This document shows positions 17,265-25,849 of a stretch of 64,000 nucleotides of DNA, one piece after another. The first letter of the stretch is position 1. Each line of letters opens with the position of its first letter. The position numbers were made by a program, and so were the translations under genes. The notes beneath the pieces are model-generated. The model was given only the letters and a program-made list of their open reading frames with translations, did no database searches and was not told the origin of the DNA. The stretch lies in the sequence record NC_048054.1; one strand, written 5' to 3'.

Positions 17265-17717
17265 ATGCCAAACGTAAATGAAACACAAAAGAAGCACAAG
17301 ATCATCGTGCGTATTCTCGGTGATGTTGGTAGCGGTAAATCTGCTGCGTACTGCCGTATAGCCGCGATGTTGAAAGACAGTGGCGCGACCGTTGTTCATG
17401 CTGACGAAAAAGCGTGGAACATGTTGCAGAATGCAGGCGAAGCGGCTTCGGCTCAGGCTGACCTGTATCAATTTGCTCCAGAAGTTGTTCTGGAAGAAGC
17501 CTGCATCCGCTCCGACTGGACCGATTCGAAAAATCAGATCATGCAGTATTTCGCATATGCCCACCTGCCGCCTCATTTGCAGCGTGTCAGTAAACCGTTT
17601 GCGCTGCTGGCTCAAGAGATGGACCTGTATCTGCCTGACGGTGCTGAGAAGTCTGCGGGTCTGCGTAAACTTCTCGAAGCTAAAGACTGCGCTGTTCGTG
17701 CAGTAGTCACCAAGTAA
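17265..17717 (+). CDS. P-loop-like N-terminus fused to helical-hairpin domain
   Basis: ILGDVGSGKS; C-terminal YAHLPPHLQRVSKPF...EKSAGLRKLLEAKDCAVRA. Confidence 0.6.
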   Translation: MPNVNETQKKHKIIVRILGDVGSGKSAAYCRIAAMLKDSGATVVHADEKAWNMLQNAGEAASAQADLYQFAPEVVLEEACIRSDWTDSKNQIMQYFAYAHLPPHLQRVSKPFALLAQEMDLYLPDGAEKSAGLRKLLEAKDCAVRAVVTK

Positions 17718-17731
17718 CCTGGAGCACAAAC

Positions 17732-18115
17732 ATGCCTCGTTTTATTCGACCGCCTGTGATCGTTAAGTCCGTACCTACTGTATCAACTACGTCAGCTACT
17801 GACTTTTTCGGGCAGCTCGCTCCTGTTAACCACGTCATTAATCTGGACGCTGTTCAGGCGTTGCATCGTGAGATGATTGGCGCAGGACACATCGAACAGT
17901 TCACTACTGATATCGGTCTGCACCCAGACGACGTTCTGCCTGATAACGAGAGTCACGTAAGTGTGCCAGCTCTCGCTTTCTTCCTTGAGGGCGGCGAGAG
18001 TGAGATCTGGTACTTCTGCGGTCCTGAGCGTACTCTGGCCGAATGGGCTGCTGTGCGTGATAAGGTTGAGCAGGCTGTGTTCGATAACTCATACTATCAT
18101 GAGATCGAAGCCTAA
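17732..18115 (+). CDS. Hypothetical protein
   Basis: 127-aa ORF, GGAG SD. Confidence 0.55.
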   Translation: MPRFIRPPVIVKSVPTVSTTSATDFFGQLAPVNHVINLDAVQALHREMIGAGHIEQFTTDIGLHPDDVLPDNESHVSVPALAFFLEGGESEIWYFCGPERTLAEWAAVRDKVEQAVFDNSYYHEIEA

Positions 18116-18142
18116 TAACCTAACCAGCTAAAGGAGGCGATC

Positions 18143-18169
18143 ATGAGCGATTGGTTCTACGACTGGTAA
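18143..18169 (+). CDS. Micro-ORF MSDWFYDW (8 aa), putative
   Basis: AAGGAGG at 18131-18137, 5 nt before ATG; followed by terminator; not in ORF track. Confidence 0.4.
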   Translation: MSDWFYDW

Positions 18170-18174
18170 TAATC

Positions 18175-18201
18175 AAAGGGTGGCCATTTGGCTGCCCTTT
18201 T
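18175..18201 (+). terminator. Rho-independent terminator
   Basis: AAAGGGTGGCC-ATTT-GGCTGCCCTTT then T. Confidence 0.65.
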
Positions 18202-18240
18202 CTGATCTTAGACAACTAAAACAAGCCCATAAGGACCATG

Positions 18241-18290
18241 TAGAACCGTGCGTAAACAGTATAGAACCATGCGTAGGCAGCGTAGAAACA
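18241..18290. repeat. Direct repeats with 21-bp period
   Basis: TAGAACCGTGCGTA (18241), TAGAACCATGCGTA (18262), partial TAGAAAC (18283). Confidence 0.5.
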
Positions 18291-18326
18291 CCACCTTTTT
18301 CTTGAGCAATGGGAAGCGCTTAAAAA

Positions 18327-18335
18327 CTGTAAATA
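18327..18335 (+). promoter_or_regulatory. CTGTAAATA candidate promoter
   Basis: Exact copy 19 nt upstream of dam ATG. Confidence 0.5.
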
Positions 18336-18353
18336 CTGATAAAGGAGAGAAAA

Positions 18354-19196
18354 ATGACCGTAATCAGTCCAATCCGTTATCAGGGCAATAAGCGAAGCCT
18401 TATCCCTCTTATTCTTGAGCACACACCAAGCGTACAAGACTGTCCGCGTATGGTCGATGTGTTTGGTGGTAGCGCTACTGTCTGCGCAAACATGCCACAG
18501 AAGTTTCGCGTGTACAACGAGCTTAGTCCTCAGGTGTTTGAGATCGTTAAGATGCTGGTGGAACAAGACCCGAAGAAAACTCTCGGTCAAGTCAAGCGTC
18601 TGGTCAAACACTGGTGCCTGACAAACAGCAACGAAGCGAACTATGATGCGTTTCGAACTGTCGTCCAGAAGAAGCGTACACCGATATTGCATTACGTTGC
18701 ACACAGACACGCACACTCGAACATGCTGCGCTTCAATCAGCAGGGTGTGTACAACGTGGGATTCGGTGATCGTGGTCTGATTGGAAAGTTCGACGAGCTG
18801 GAGCATGAACTCACTACCTTCCACAGTCACATGCAGGGCGTCCACCTGACGAACATGAAGTACGGTAAGTTGCTGAGTCGCTTAGGCCATCAACTGAACT
18901 GCAACACGTTCTGTTATTTCGACCCGCCTTATCTGGCGAGCGGCGCAATGCAGTATGGCAAGTGGACTGAAACGAACGAGCGTAACCTGCTTGCCACTTT
19001 GGAGCAACTCAATCGTTTAGGCGTACCGTGGATGTTGAGCAACGTTACTGAGCACCGTCACTTCTCGAACGACTTGCTAAAGCGTTGGCTAAAGAAACAC
19101 GCGACTACCGTGCTGTACCCAAACAAAAGCTATGCGATGAACAACGGCCAGAGCGGCTCGCATGGTACTGTTGAAATTCTGGCAATGAACTACTGA
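18354..19196 (+). CDS. dam: DNA adenine methyltransferase (Dam/D12 class)
   Basis: SPIRYQGNK, VDVFGGSATV, YNEL, FCYFDPPY, WMLSN. Confidence 0.9.
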   Translation: MTVISPIRYQGNKRSLIPLILEHTPSVQDCPRMVDVFGGSATVCANMPQKFRVYNELSPQVFEIVKMLVEQDPKKTLGQVKRLVKHWCLTNSNEANYDAFRTVVQKKRTPILHYVAHRHAHSNMLRFNQQGVYNVGFGDRGLIGKFDELEHELTTFHSHMQGVHLTNMKYGKLLSRLGHQLNCNTFCYFDPPYLASGAMQYGKWTETNERNLLATLEQLNRLGVPWMLSNVTEHRHFSNDLLKRWLKKHATTVLYPNKSYAMNNGQSGSHGTVEILAMNY

Positions 19197-19203
19197 GGCT
19201 GCT

Positions 19204-19515
19204 ATGACACCTGAACATGAAGCAAATCCCAAACTGAAACGCGTTCTGTTTAGTATCGTGCGTGAACTGGAAAAGATTAGTTCTGTCGCATGGTATGTTT
19301 CGAAAGACGAAAAAGATGCCTGCGGTGTGATCTGTCCTTCGTCAATTCCTGACTGGTCGGACGAGGCGCTGATTGTGGAAATCGAACGGCGCACTCTGCA
19401 AATCGAAGAACGTAAGCGCTACATTGCTGGTCTTCATGGCGGTGCCGAGAGTCATCAACGTGCAGCCGAATACAGAGCCGACGAGCTTTACCAGAAATAC
19501 TGCTCCAAGAAGTAA
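19204..19515 (+). CDS. Hypothetical protein
   Basis: 103-aa ORF, GAGG SD. Confidence 0.5.
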   Translation: MTPEHEANPKLKRVLFSIVRELEKISSVAWYVSKDEKDACGVICPSSIPDWSDEALIVEIERRTLQIEERKRYIAGLHGGAESHQRAAEYRADELYQKYCSKK

Positions 19516-19567
19516 TCTGTAAAACAATAACGTACCAACCATTTGACTACACATTAAGGATATAAAA

Positions 19568-20152
19568 ATGAAAGAGTTCCTGTCTAAGTATTTCGACCTG
19601 CGTGAGTACGATAGCTGGCCACTAGGTCTGATGTTCATCGGCATTCTCTGGGGAATGGCCAGTGACTTCCTGTTCGACTACAACGCCATCTGGCCGTCAA
19701 TCGTTGTTGTCGCAATCTACTCGGTTGCGGTGGTTCTCGATGTTCGTAAGATTATGGACAGCGGCAACACTTCGCCATCGTGGGGCTGGCTGCTGTTCAT
19801 TCCTATCTACTTGTGGAAGCGCGATACACTGACGAAGAAAAAGAATCGCAATATCTTCTGGGCGTGGATGTTGTTGTGCGTAATCTCTTTCGGTACTAGC
19901 TTCCTCGCTATGTCCAAAGATAACAACGTGCAGGTTGAACAAGACGTGTGCCGCATTCTCAATACGCTGGATAGTTTGAAAGAGAATGACGTTACCTGCG
20001 TTCGTGCGTACAACATGGAAGAGCAGTACGACGGCTACTGGAAAGGTAGTGCGCATCTGTCTAACAACCGCGACGTAAACGTAAGTGCCGACTACAATAA
20101 AGAACAGGGCATGGTGTACGTTCAAATCCACAGTCTGCTTGGAGCTTATTGA
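19568..20152 (+). CDS. Membrane protein
   Basis: Several hydrophobic segments then a soluble C-terminal domain; AAGGA SD. Confidence 0.6.
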   Translation: MKEFLSKYFDLREYDSWPLGLMFIGILWGMASDFLFDYNAIWPSIVVVAIYSVAVVLDVRKIMDSGNTSPSWGWLLFIPIYLWKRDTLTKKKNRNIFWAWMLLCVISFGTSFLAMSKDNNVQVEQDVCRILNTLDSLKENDVTCVRAYNMEEQYDGYWKGSAHLSNNRDVNVSADYNKEQGMVYVQIHSLLGAY

Positions 20153-20850
20153 TGGAACAGGAACAAGATCTGCGCGATCTCCCTCAGCACATCGTCAACG
20201 GCTTCTCATTCCGCGAAGGTTCAGCGCAACTCATGTCCTTCGCGTTAGACGTCGTTCGTCTTGGTGGTACAATTGACGAGTCTTTCTGGGAAGACCGCAT
20301 CGTCGAAAATCTCAACAAGATTGATCTCATGTCCGTTGTCCATATCACAGGGCCTGTTATTGATCGCCGTCAGTTTGATTTGTTTGAATCGCTGGAGCGG
20401 TGCCGCAAGAATGCGCACGTTGTTCTTGAGGCTCTTATCTACGGCTTCGATCTGCTGATGCGTGAACTGGAGACTGCATTTCTCGAAGAAGATGGCGCGT
20501 CTACTCTTATTCGCCGCAACAAAACGAACATGTTCAGCCGTGAGCTGATCAAGTATCTGACGCGACCTGCCGAAGAGAAAGACATTCTGATGCTCCACAC
20601 GTATCGCCGTCAAGCCGCCAGTCTGTGTGACGCTGAGCCTGTTGTGCTTGGCATTCATTCGAGCAATAGCCACCAGTTTGTCTGGAACGGTGATTGGCGA
20701 GCGTACCTGACGCAGCCTCTGGAGATGCGTAAGATGCACTTCTCCAGCTGGCGCCACAATCACGCGCTGACTGAGCATCGCATGAAGGAAATGCTCAATG
20801 CGTACCTGTACAACAAATTCCCTGAGCAGTTCGGAGGTAAGAGTGCGTAA
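20149..20850 (+). CDS. Hypothetical protein
   Basis: 233-aa ORF in operon. Confidence 0.55.
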   Translation: MMEQEQDLRDLPQHIVNGFSFREGSAQLMSFALDVVRLGGTIDESFWEDRIVENLNKIDLMSVVHITGPVIDRRQFDLFESLERCRKNAHVVLEALIYGFDLLMRELETAFLEEDGASTLIRRNKTNMFSRELIKYLTRPAEEKDILMLHTYRRQAASLCDAEPVVLGIHSSNSHQFVWNGDWRAYLTQPLEMRKMHFSSWRHNHALTEHRMKEMLNAYLYNKFPEQFGGKSA

Positions 20851-21181
20851 GATCGTTGCTGTACTGAAAATGCGTTTTCTGGAGCAGTTGCGTAACGGCT
20901 ATGAAGATGGTCCTCTGTTCGATATCATCTTCTTTGACGGCGACCCTAAAGCCGCGCCTGACTTTGTTCGCAGCCGCGTGTGCGACAAGCTGTTTCCAAA
21001 CTGCATCGAAGATTCCATCGTAGGTGGTTATGACTACATGGTACTCAACGTTCGTGATATGGACGTTGAAGTCGAACTCAAGCCTGGTGACTTCGTTGTG
21101 TTCCGTGATAACGATAGCTTCACGACTATTCGTGGCTTCGATAAAGCAGAGGTAGTCGATGGCACTCTCGTCCTTCACTGA
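20843..21181 (+). CDS. Hypothetical protein
   Basis: GTG 20843 with GGAGG SD (track start 20798). Confidence 0.5.
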   Translation: MRKIVAVLKMRFLEQLRNGYEDGPLFDIIFFDGDPKAAPDFVRSRVCDKLFPNCIEDSIVGGYDYMVLNVRDMDVEVELKPGDFVVFRDNDSFTTIRGFDKAEVVDGTLVLH

Positions 21182-21638
21182 GTTGCGTGAGCGTCTGATT
21201 AAGGCGCTCGATATGTCCGTAGTAAGCGACGGCCCATCTGCCTGCTACGTCGATGCAACTGGCAAACCAATGGGTCTGGTCAGTCAATGGCGTCCTGAAT
21301 CGGCAGAGAACATTCTGCTTGTGATCGAGCGTTACGGTCTGCATGTCGAGCGCACTGTTGACCCGCGACACAAACCAAAGCCAGGCGAAGAAGACAGAAT
21401 TGTGTGGCAGTTCAACGTATGGTCGCGCAATCCTATCTATCGCACACTGTCTCAGGACTACGGACGTGTGTTGCAGCACGGACCTCGTATCGTTGGTCCT
21501 GATCTGACAACTGCCGTGTTTACGTGGGCGGTACTTCGCGCCGAGCGTGTTAAGCAACTGCGCGAATCCAAAGTAGAAGGGAAGCTCTATCACTTCGGTG
21601 CGCTGCGGGAGAAAGTCTATGTATCGCCAGCTGAGTGA
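21159..21638 (+). CDS. Hypothetical protein
   Basis: 159-aa ORF overlapping neighbours. Confidence 0.5.
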   Translation: MALSSFTELRERLIKALDMSVVSDGPSACYVDATGKPMGLVSQWRPESAENILLVIERYGLHVERTVDPRHKPKPGEEDRIVWQFNVWSRNPIYRTLSQDYGRVLQHGPRIVGPDLTTAVFTWAVLRAERVKQLRESKVEGKLYHFGALREKVYVSPAE

Positions 21639-22029
21639 TGATGCCTCGTCAGATGAAATCCGCCGTTACTACGAGCAGATTCATCGTGATGCCGAAGCGA
21701 TCATGCAGCAGGTGTGGGCGCTTCGTGGTTGGACTGTGCGTTGGGAATGGCACAATGGCATTTGCGACGACTGCGAGTTTGTCTTTGACGAGACAGGCAA
21801 GTGTCGTGGCACTAAGTCTGACTGCATCCCACAGCAAATGGGCATAGCTGATCGCATTGACGAGCTAAAGCTGTTTGTTTCCCACACCAAGAAATCTGTA
21901 AAGATCAGCAACAAGGGCGATGCTAATCCAGTTGAAGGTAAAGGCCGTAATCTTCGGCTTGCTTATCTCGACTGGTTGCTCAACGTCGAAAAGAGAAAAG
22001 CGGAGGAAAGAACGTGCGCTGCACCTTAA
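21619..22029 (+). CDS. Hypothetical protein
   Basis: ATG 21619 in frame with track ORF 21598. Confidence 0.5.
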   Translation: MYRQLSDDASSDEIRRYYEQIHRDAEAIMQQVWALRGWTVRWEWHNGICDDCEFVFDETGKCRGTKSDCIPQQMGIADRIDELKLFVSHTKKSVKISNKGDANPVEGKGRNLRLAYLDWLLNVEKRKAEERTCAAP

Positions 22030-22535
22030 ACGAATTACCGATTAACATCACTCAGGCTGAACACATCATGGCGAGCGTGTTTACTCTTGCTGGTGCGTCA
22101 AAGTCAAAACGCCGTGCGACTGCCGCAATGTTGATTCACTTCCATAATGGTTTTCCTACCATTATCAGCAGCGGCGTGAACGGTACGGAGCCGGGTGCAA
22201 GCAACGTCATGGAAAACGAAGACCTGACGTTATCGCTCGACACCGTTATTCATGCAGAGGTGAACTGCCTCAATCGCATGGAAGAGTACAGCATGTGGGC
22301 TGACGAAGCAGACATTCTGTTTTGCACCGATTCGCCATGTCCTAACTGCTTGGCTGATCTCGAAGCCGAAGGCGTTAAGACCGTTGTGTACGCGCGTGAG
22401 TATCGCCTGACTGATCATCTGGACGCATCTCCCATCAAGATGTTCTGTCTGGATATGGACAGCGTTGTCCAGCGTATGCAGCACGGCATCGACCGCATCA
22501 AAGAAGTGATCGCAACAACACCAGCGTCTAACTAA
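22014..22535 (+). CDS. Deoxycytidylate (dCMP) deaminase
   Basis: SGVNG, HAEVN, TDSPCPNC zinc-deaminase motifs. Confidence 0.85.
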   Translation: MRCTLNELPINITQAEHIMASVFTLAGASKSKRRATAAMLIHFHNGFPTIISSGVNGTEPGASNVMENEDLTLSLDTVIHAEVNCLNRMEEYSMWADEADILFCTDSPCPNCLADLEAEGVKTVVYAREYRLTDHLDASPIKMFCLDMDSVVQRMQHGIDRIKEVIATTPASN

Positions 22536-22560
22536 GACCAATAACTGAGAGGCTCTCAAC

Positions 22561-23328
22561 ATGGAAAAGAAATTCGAATCAGATTTTAAATGCCACCCTC
22601 TGACTAAAGAACAACAGGACGAAGCGTTCCGTGCGTTCGATAGACAGCAACAAAAGTCGCTTGAGCGTCTTGCGCAGATGATTGAATCTGATCCCAAGTT
22701 GAGGGCCCAGCATGAAGCAGCACGTCGTCATGAACACCTGCAAAAGTTTGGTAGCTTGGACTTTTCCAAACTCGAAGATAGGGTTATGGCTAATGCTGTC
22801 ATGGGTAGCATGTCTTCGCCGCGCAGTAACATCGAAGAACCTTTTGGTACTTTTGAACATTCATCCGGTATCGTTCGTGGTGTTGTGCAACGCTATCCTC
22901 GTATGTCAGATAATCTGCCTCGTGATGGTCGCATTAAAGTTGACGTAGCACCAGGGAAACGTGTGATGCAAACTGATATCTACGCAGGTAATGTGAAGAC
23001 CGAAGATTTAGGCGATGCGCTTGCCGCATTTGCGTATGGCCTTAGTGGTGAACAGCTTGGCGTTATTCCTGCTGAGTCTGGCGGCGGCCAATCTACACCA
23101 GAGCATCTCCCTCTGCATTACCTGCATTCCGAGAGAGGTCCTATCGTCGATTTCAAAACAACTGGCGATCCTAAAGGCCCTCAGCCTATTGGTCGTGCGC
23201 TTCGTGTGCGCCGTGATTCTGTCTGGTCTGCTGGACGTCGTGACCGTGCTGCAACATCCGCTTCTGATCGCAAGAAGCTCCGTGCCAAAACACGCGCCCA
23301 GAAGAAAGCGCGTCGTAAACAACGCTGA
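22561..23328 (+). CDS. Hypothetical protein with PolA motif A-like segment and basic tail
   Basis: DFSKLEDRVMA; C-terminal RKKLRAKTRAQKKARRKQR. Confidence 0.55.
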   Translation: MEKKFESDFKCHPLTKEQQDEAFRAFDRQQQKSLERLAQMIESDPKLRAQHEAARRHEHLQKFGSLDFSKLEDRVMANAVMGSMSSPRSNIEEPFGTFEHSSGIVRGVVQRYPRMSDNLPRDGRIKVDVAPGKRVMQTDIYAGNVKTEDLGDALAAFAYGLSGEQLGVIPAESGGGQSTPEHLPLHYLHSERGPIVDFKTTGDPKGPQPIGRALRVRRDSVWSAGRRDRAATSASDRKKLRAKTRAQKKARRKQR

Positions 23329-23338
23329 GGTAACAGCA

Positions 23339-23827
23339 ATGATTGATCTTAAAGAAATTGCGATTCAGCGCTACCGTGCTCTTGGTCTGCCTGATGATTT
23401 TATGAATCTCTTCCCAGACGAAGACGCTACGCGTTTTGTGGAGAGTCTCTCCGAAGAGAAACGTCGCAAGATGGTTGTCGGTCTAGCGCTGCTGCAACTC
23501 CAAATTCCTGATGAAGTTCGTTTTGAGTTACTGACGAACCATCTGGACGAAACTGAGCGTCTGATTAGTACCGCGTTCGAAGATCTTACTGCCTCGCTTG
23601 TGAACAAGTTATCACATGCGAGTGATGCGGAAACCAAATCGACACTCGGTAGTGTTCGTCTGGCTATGCTGATGAACATTCTGGGTTTTGATGACGCTAC
23701 TCTCAAGGGCGTCCTTACCGATCCTATACTCACTCGTCGCGCCAGCCTTGTTGCTGTGACGTGCATGAATGAGATGGGTCAGAAAATCCAACAAATGTAC
23801 GACGAGAAAAACAATGAGCCAACCTAA
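23339..23827 (+). CDS. Hypothetical protein
   Basis: ATG 23339 with GAGG SD; the track's upstream extension overlaps the previous gene. Confidence 0.55.
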   Translation: MIDLKEIAIQRYRALGLPDDFMNLFPDEDATRFVESLSEEKRRKMVVGLALLQLQIPDEVRFELLTNHLDETERLISTAFEDLTASLVNKLSHASDAETKSTLGSVRLAMLMNILGFDDATLKGVLTDPILTRRASLVAVTCMNEMGQKIQQMYDEKNNEPT

Positions 23828-23978
23828 CAATCCATTAGCAGATTACTTCAACGCTGACGCAGTTATCCCAGGTGTAGACGACGCAGAAGATCGTGTCGAA
23901 GCTATGCGTGACGGAGGCGGCGAAGTCGTTGACGATAAAGATGCTGATGGTTGCGAAAGCGGCGCCTGTAAAATCTAA
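23814..23978 (+). CDS. 54-aa acidic protein ending in NrdA-like tail DGCESGACKI
   Basis: ATG 23814; C-terminus matches the class Ia RNR alpha C-terminal Cys pair; followed by terminator. Confidence 0.6.
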   Translation: MSQPNNPLADYFNADAVIPGVDDAEDRVEAMRDGGGEVVDDKDADGCESGACKI

Positions 23979-23981
23979 CTC

Positions 23982-24004
23982 ATGGGGCCTAGTGCCCCAT
24001 TTTT
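23982..24004 (+). terminator. Rho-independent terminator
   Basis: ATGGGGC-CTAGT-GCCCCAT then TTTT. Confidence 0.7.
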
Positions 24005-24016
24005 GTTTTGGGGAAC

Positions 24017-24547
24017 ATGATGCAAACAGCATATCGTTGTAAGCACTGTAAGTATGTCCACATCGGCAAAGTGTCCAGCTGTGACTGTCAAGGTAGTAAG
24101 AAATTCGAATACACGTTGGTGCAAATCATCGACGTGCCTGAGAACGAAGACGGTGTGCCTCCGTTCAAAGATCTCAAACACTCTCGCGCCCAACGTTACG
24201 TCAACGTAAAGAACGGAACGTATGGCAACGGCATTTATGAGCTACGTGAGAAGCGGGAAGGTGAGCGTTACTGGTGGACTCATTTAGGTCAGATGCAGAG
24301 CGGTCTGGATAGCACAGACGCAGGCTATAAGATGTGCGAAGATAACCGCAAAGCTAACTGTGTGTTAGCGGCTGCTGGTCCTGTTATGCTCGAAGCACTT
24401 TACATGACCTATCAGTATTTCCATCGCAAGCGTCTGGTGCAAGGCGATACGCCGCAGACTGCTATGCGACTCTCCATCATCGCAGATGCAATTCGTCAGG
24501 GCACAGACCTGTCTGTGTTCGATACACCGCAAGTACCGAAGGAGTAA
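24017..24547 (+). CDS. Hypothetical protein, Cys-containing N-terminus
   Basis: CKHC...CDC; ATG 24017. Confidence 0.5.
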   Translation: MMQTAYRCKHCKYVHIGKVSSCDCQGSKKFEYTLVQIIDVPENEDGVPPFKDLKHSRAQRYVNVKNGTYGNGIYELREKREGERYWWTHLGQMQSGLDSTDAGYKMCEDNRKANCVLAAAGPVMLEALYMTYQYFHRKRLVQGDTPQTAMRLSIIADAIRQGTDLSVFDTPQVPKE

Positions 24548-25189
24548 GTGATGTTTTACGATATTCTGAAAGCTGTGCCCGCAGTTATCCTGTGCTATCT
24601 TCTCTGGCGTTATGTCACGAACAAGATCGAACGTGACCGCCATCTGGTGAAAGCGCAAGAGCACTACAACTGCGGGCGTCTTGATCGCGGCAACGTCTGG
24701 GTCCACTTGAAGACAGGCCGACCGTACACTGTGTTATGTCTGACTAACACGGGCACCTCAAAGGCTGGGTGGGAAGTCAACGTCGTCTACACGAATGACT
24801 TCGAGCAGATCTACAGCAGGCCGTTCAGCGAGTTCTGCCACAAATTCACGCACGTCAGTGAAGGCCAACCATCTGAGTGCTTCAACACTACCTTGCTCGT
24901 AACTCAGATGATCAATAACACCAAACTGAGACTGCCTAAAGCTGGGGAGATTTGGGTAGAGAGTTCTGTGCGCAGCGCACCTTCTTCTGAGCTGGTCGCT
25001 CAAGGACATGTAGCTAAAGTCTTCCCTCTACGTGTGCGCATTGACCTTGTATTAGGTATGGGTCAAGCCCATCCTGTCGTTGTGTTTACTGTAAATGAAG
25101 ACTATCAAACAGCGATGTTACTTTCGCAGTTTATCTTCGTTTATCACAAAGAGGTCGAAGCCAATGACACAGCAAGCGCTAGTGTTTAA
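24548..25189 (+). CDS. Membrane-anchored protein with DUF1653-like domain
   Basis: N-terminal TM; WVHLKTGRPYTVL...VVY...YSRPFSEF. Confidence 0.5.
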   Translation: MMFYDILKAVPAVILCYLLWRYVTNKIERDRHLVKAQEHYNCGRLDRGNVWVHLKTGRPYTVLCLTNTGTSKAGWEVNVVYTNDFEQIYSRPFSEFCHKFTHVSEGQPSECFNTTLLVTQMINNTKLRLPKAGEIWVESSVRSAPSSELVAQGHVAKVFPLRVRIDLVLGMGQAHPVVVFTVNEDYQTAMLLSQFIFVYHKEVEANDTASASV

Positions 25190-25511
25190 GTACGTGATGT
25201 TCGTCCGCACTCGTAATAAAGAGCGCACGGACGGCGTACACATGCCAGTGATCTTCCCGTCGCATATCATGCACTCTGATATGGACGAAGCCGTGATTGG
25301 CTACGCGGTTTATAACGGCCACGTGGAGAATCACTACTACCAGCAGATGAAAGCTGTGTCTGCTGGCTTCATCGATCTGCGTACACTTCAATGCTTCGGT
25401 GAGTCTGAATCTCTGGAACTCAAATCACGTCCAGAAGACAGTCAGATAATTGCCGAGTATATGAAGACTCAGGGCAAAGGCGCAGAAGCTCCGCCAGAGG
25501 ATGACGCATGA
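25164..25511 (+). CDS. Hypothetical phage protein
   Basis: ATG 25164; KYV...VSAGF...CFGESESL pattern. Confidence 0.5.
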   Translation: MTQQALVFKYVMFVRTRNKERTDGVHMPVIFPSHIMHSDMDEAVIGYAVYNGHVENHYYQQMKAVSAGFIDLRTLQCFGESESLELKSRPEDSQIIAEYMKTQGKGAEAPPEDDA

Positions 25512-25849
25512 TGGACATTCTAAAAGCAATCTGGAACAGTCCTTTCTGGGACGAGCCTATCAGTGCGATGGTTGTGCCTGTTATCGTCATCAGCTATTTC
25601 ATTTTCACCGAATGGCGCGAGCGTCGCACGTTACGTCTTTCCCGTAAAGCATTCGCGGACGGCTGGGATCCAAAGAAGAACACACGCTTTCGTCACAAGT
25701 GGTTTCCATTCATGACGTGTCGCGTTGACTTCTATTCGAATAGTCCGAATGACAAGTTCACGCCGTCTGTGTTCGTACAAAGGGGTGGTGGGCGTTACGT
25801 TGAATTGCCCGCCTCTGTCTTACGTTATCGCTATAACGAGATCAAATAA
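25508..25849 (+). CDS. Hypothetical membrane-anchored protein
   Basis: Hydrophobic N-terminal segment; coupled start. Confidence 0.5.
   Translation: MMDILKAIWNSPFWDEPISAMVVPVIVISYFIFTEWRERRTLRLSRKAFADGWDPKKNTRFRHKWFPFMTCRVDFYSNSPNDKFTPSVFVQRGGGRYVELPASVLRYRYNEIK

Noticed and set aside
18216-18845. 209-aa minus-strand ORF across dam and the intergenic repeats
   Set aside because: Mostly antisense to dam, no recognisable domain; conflicts with plus-strand regulatory signals
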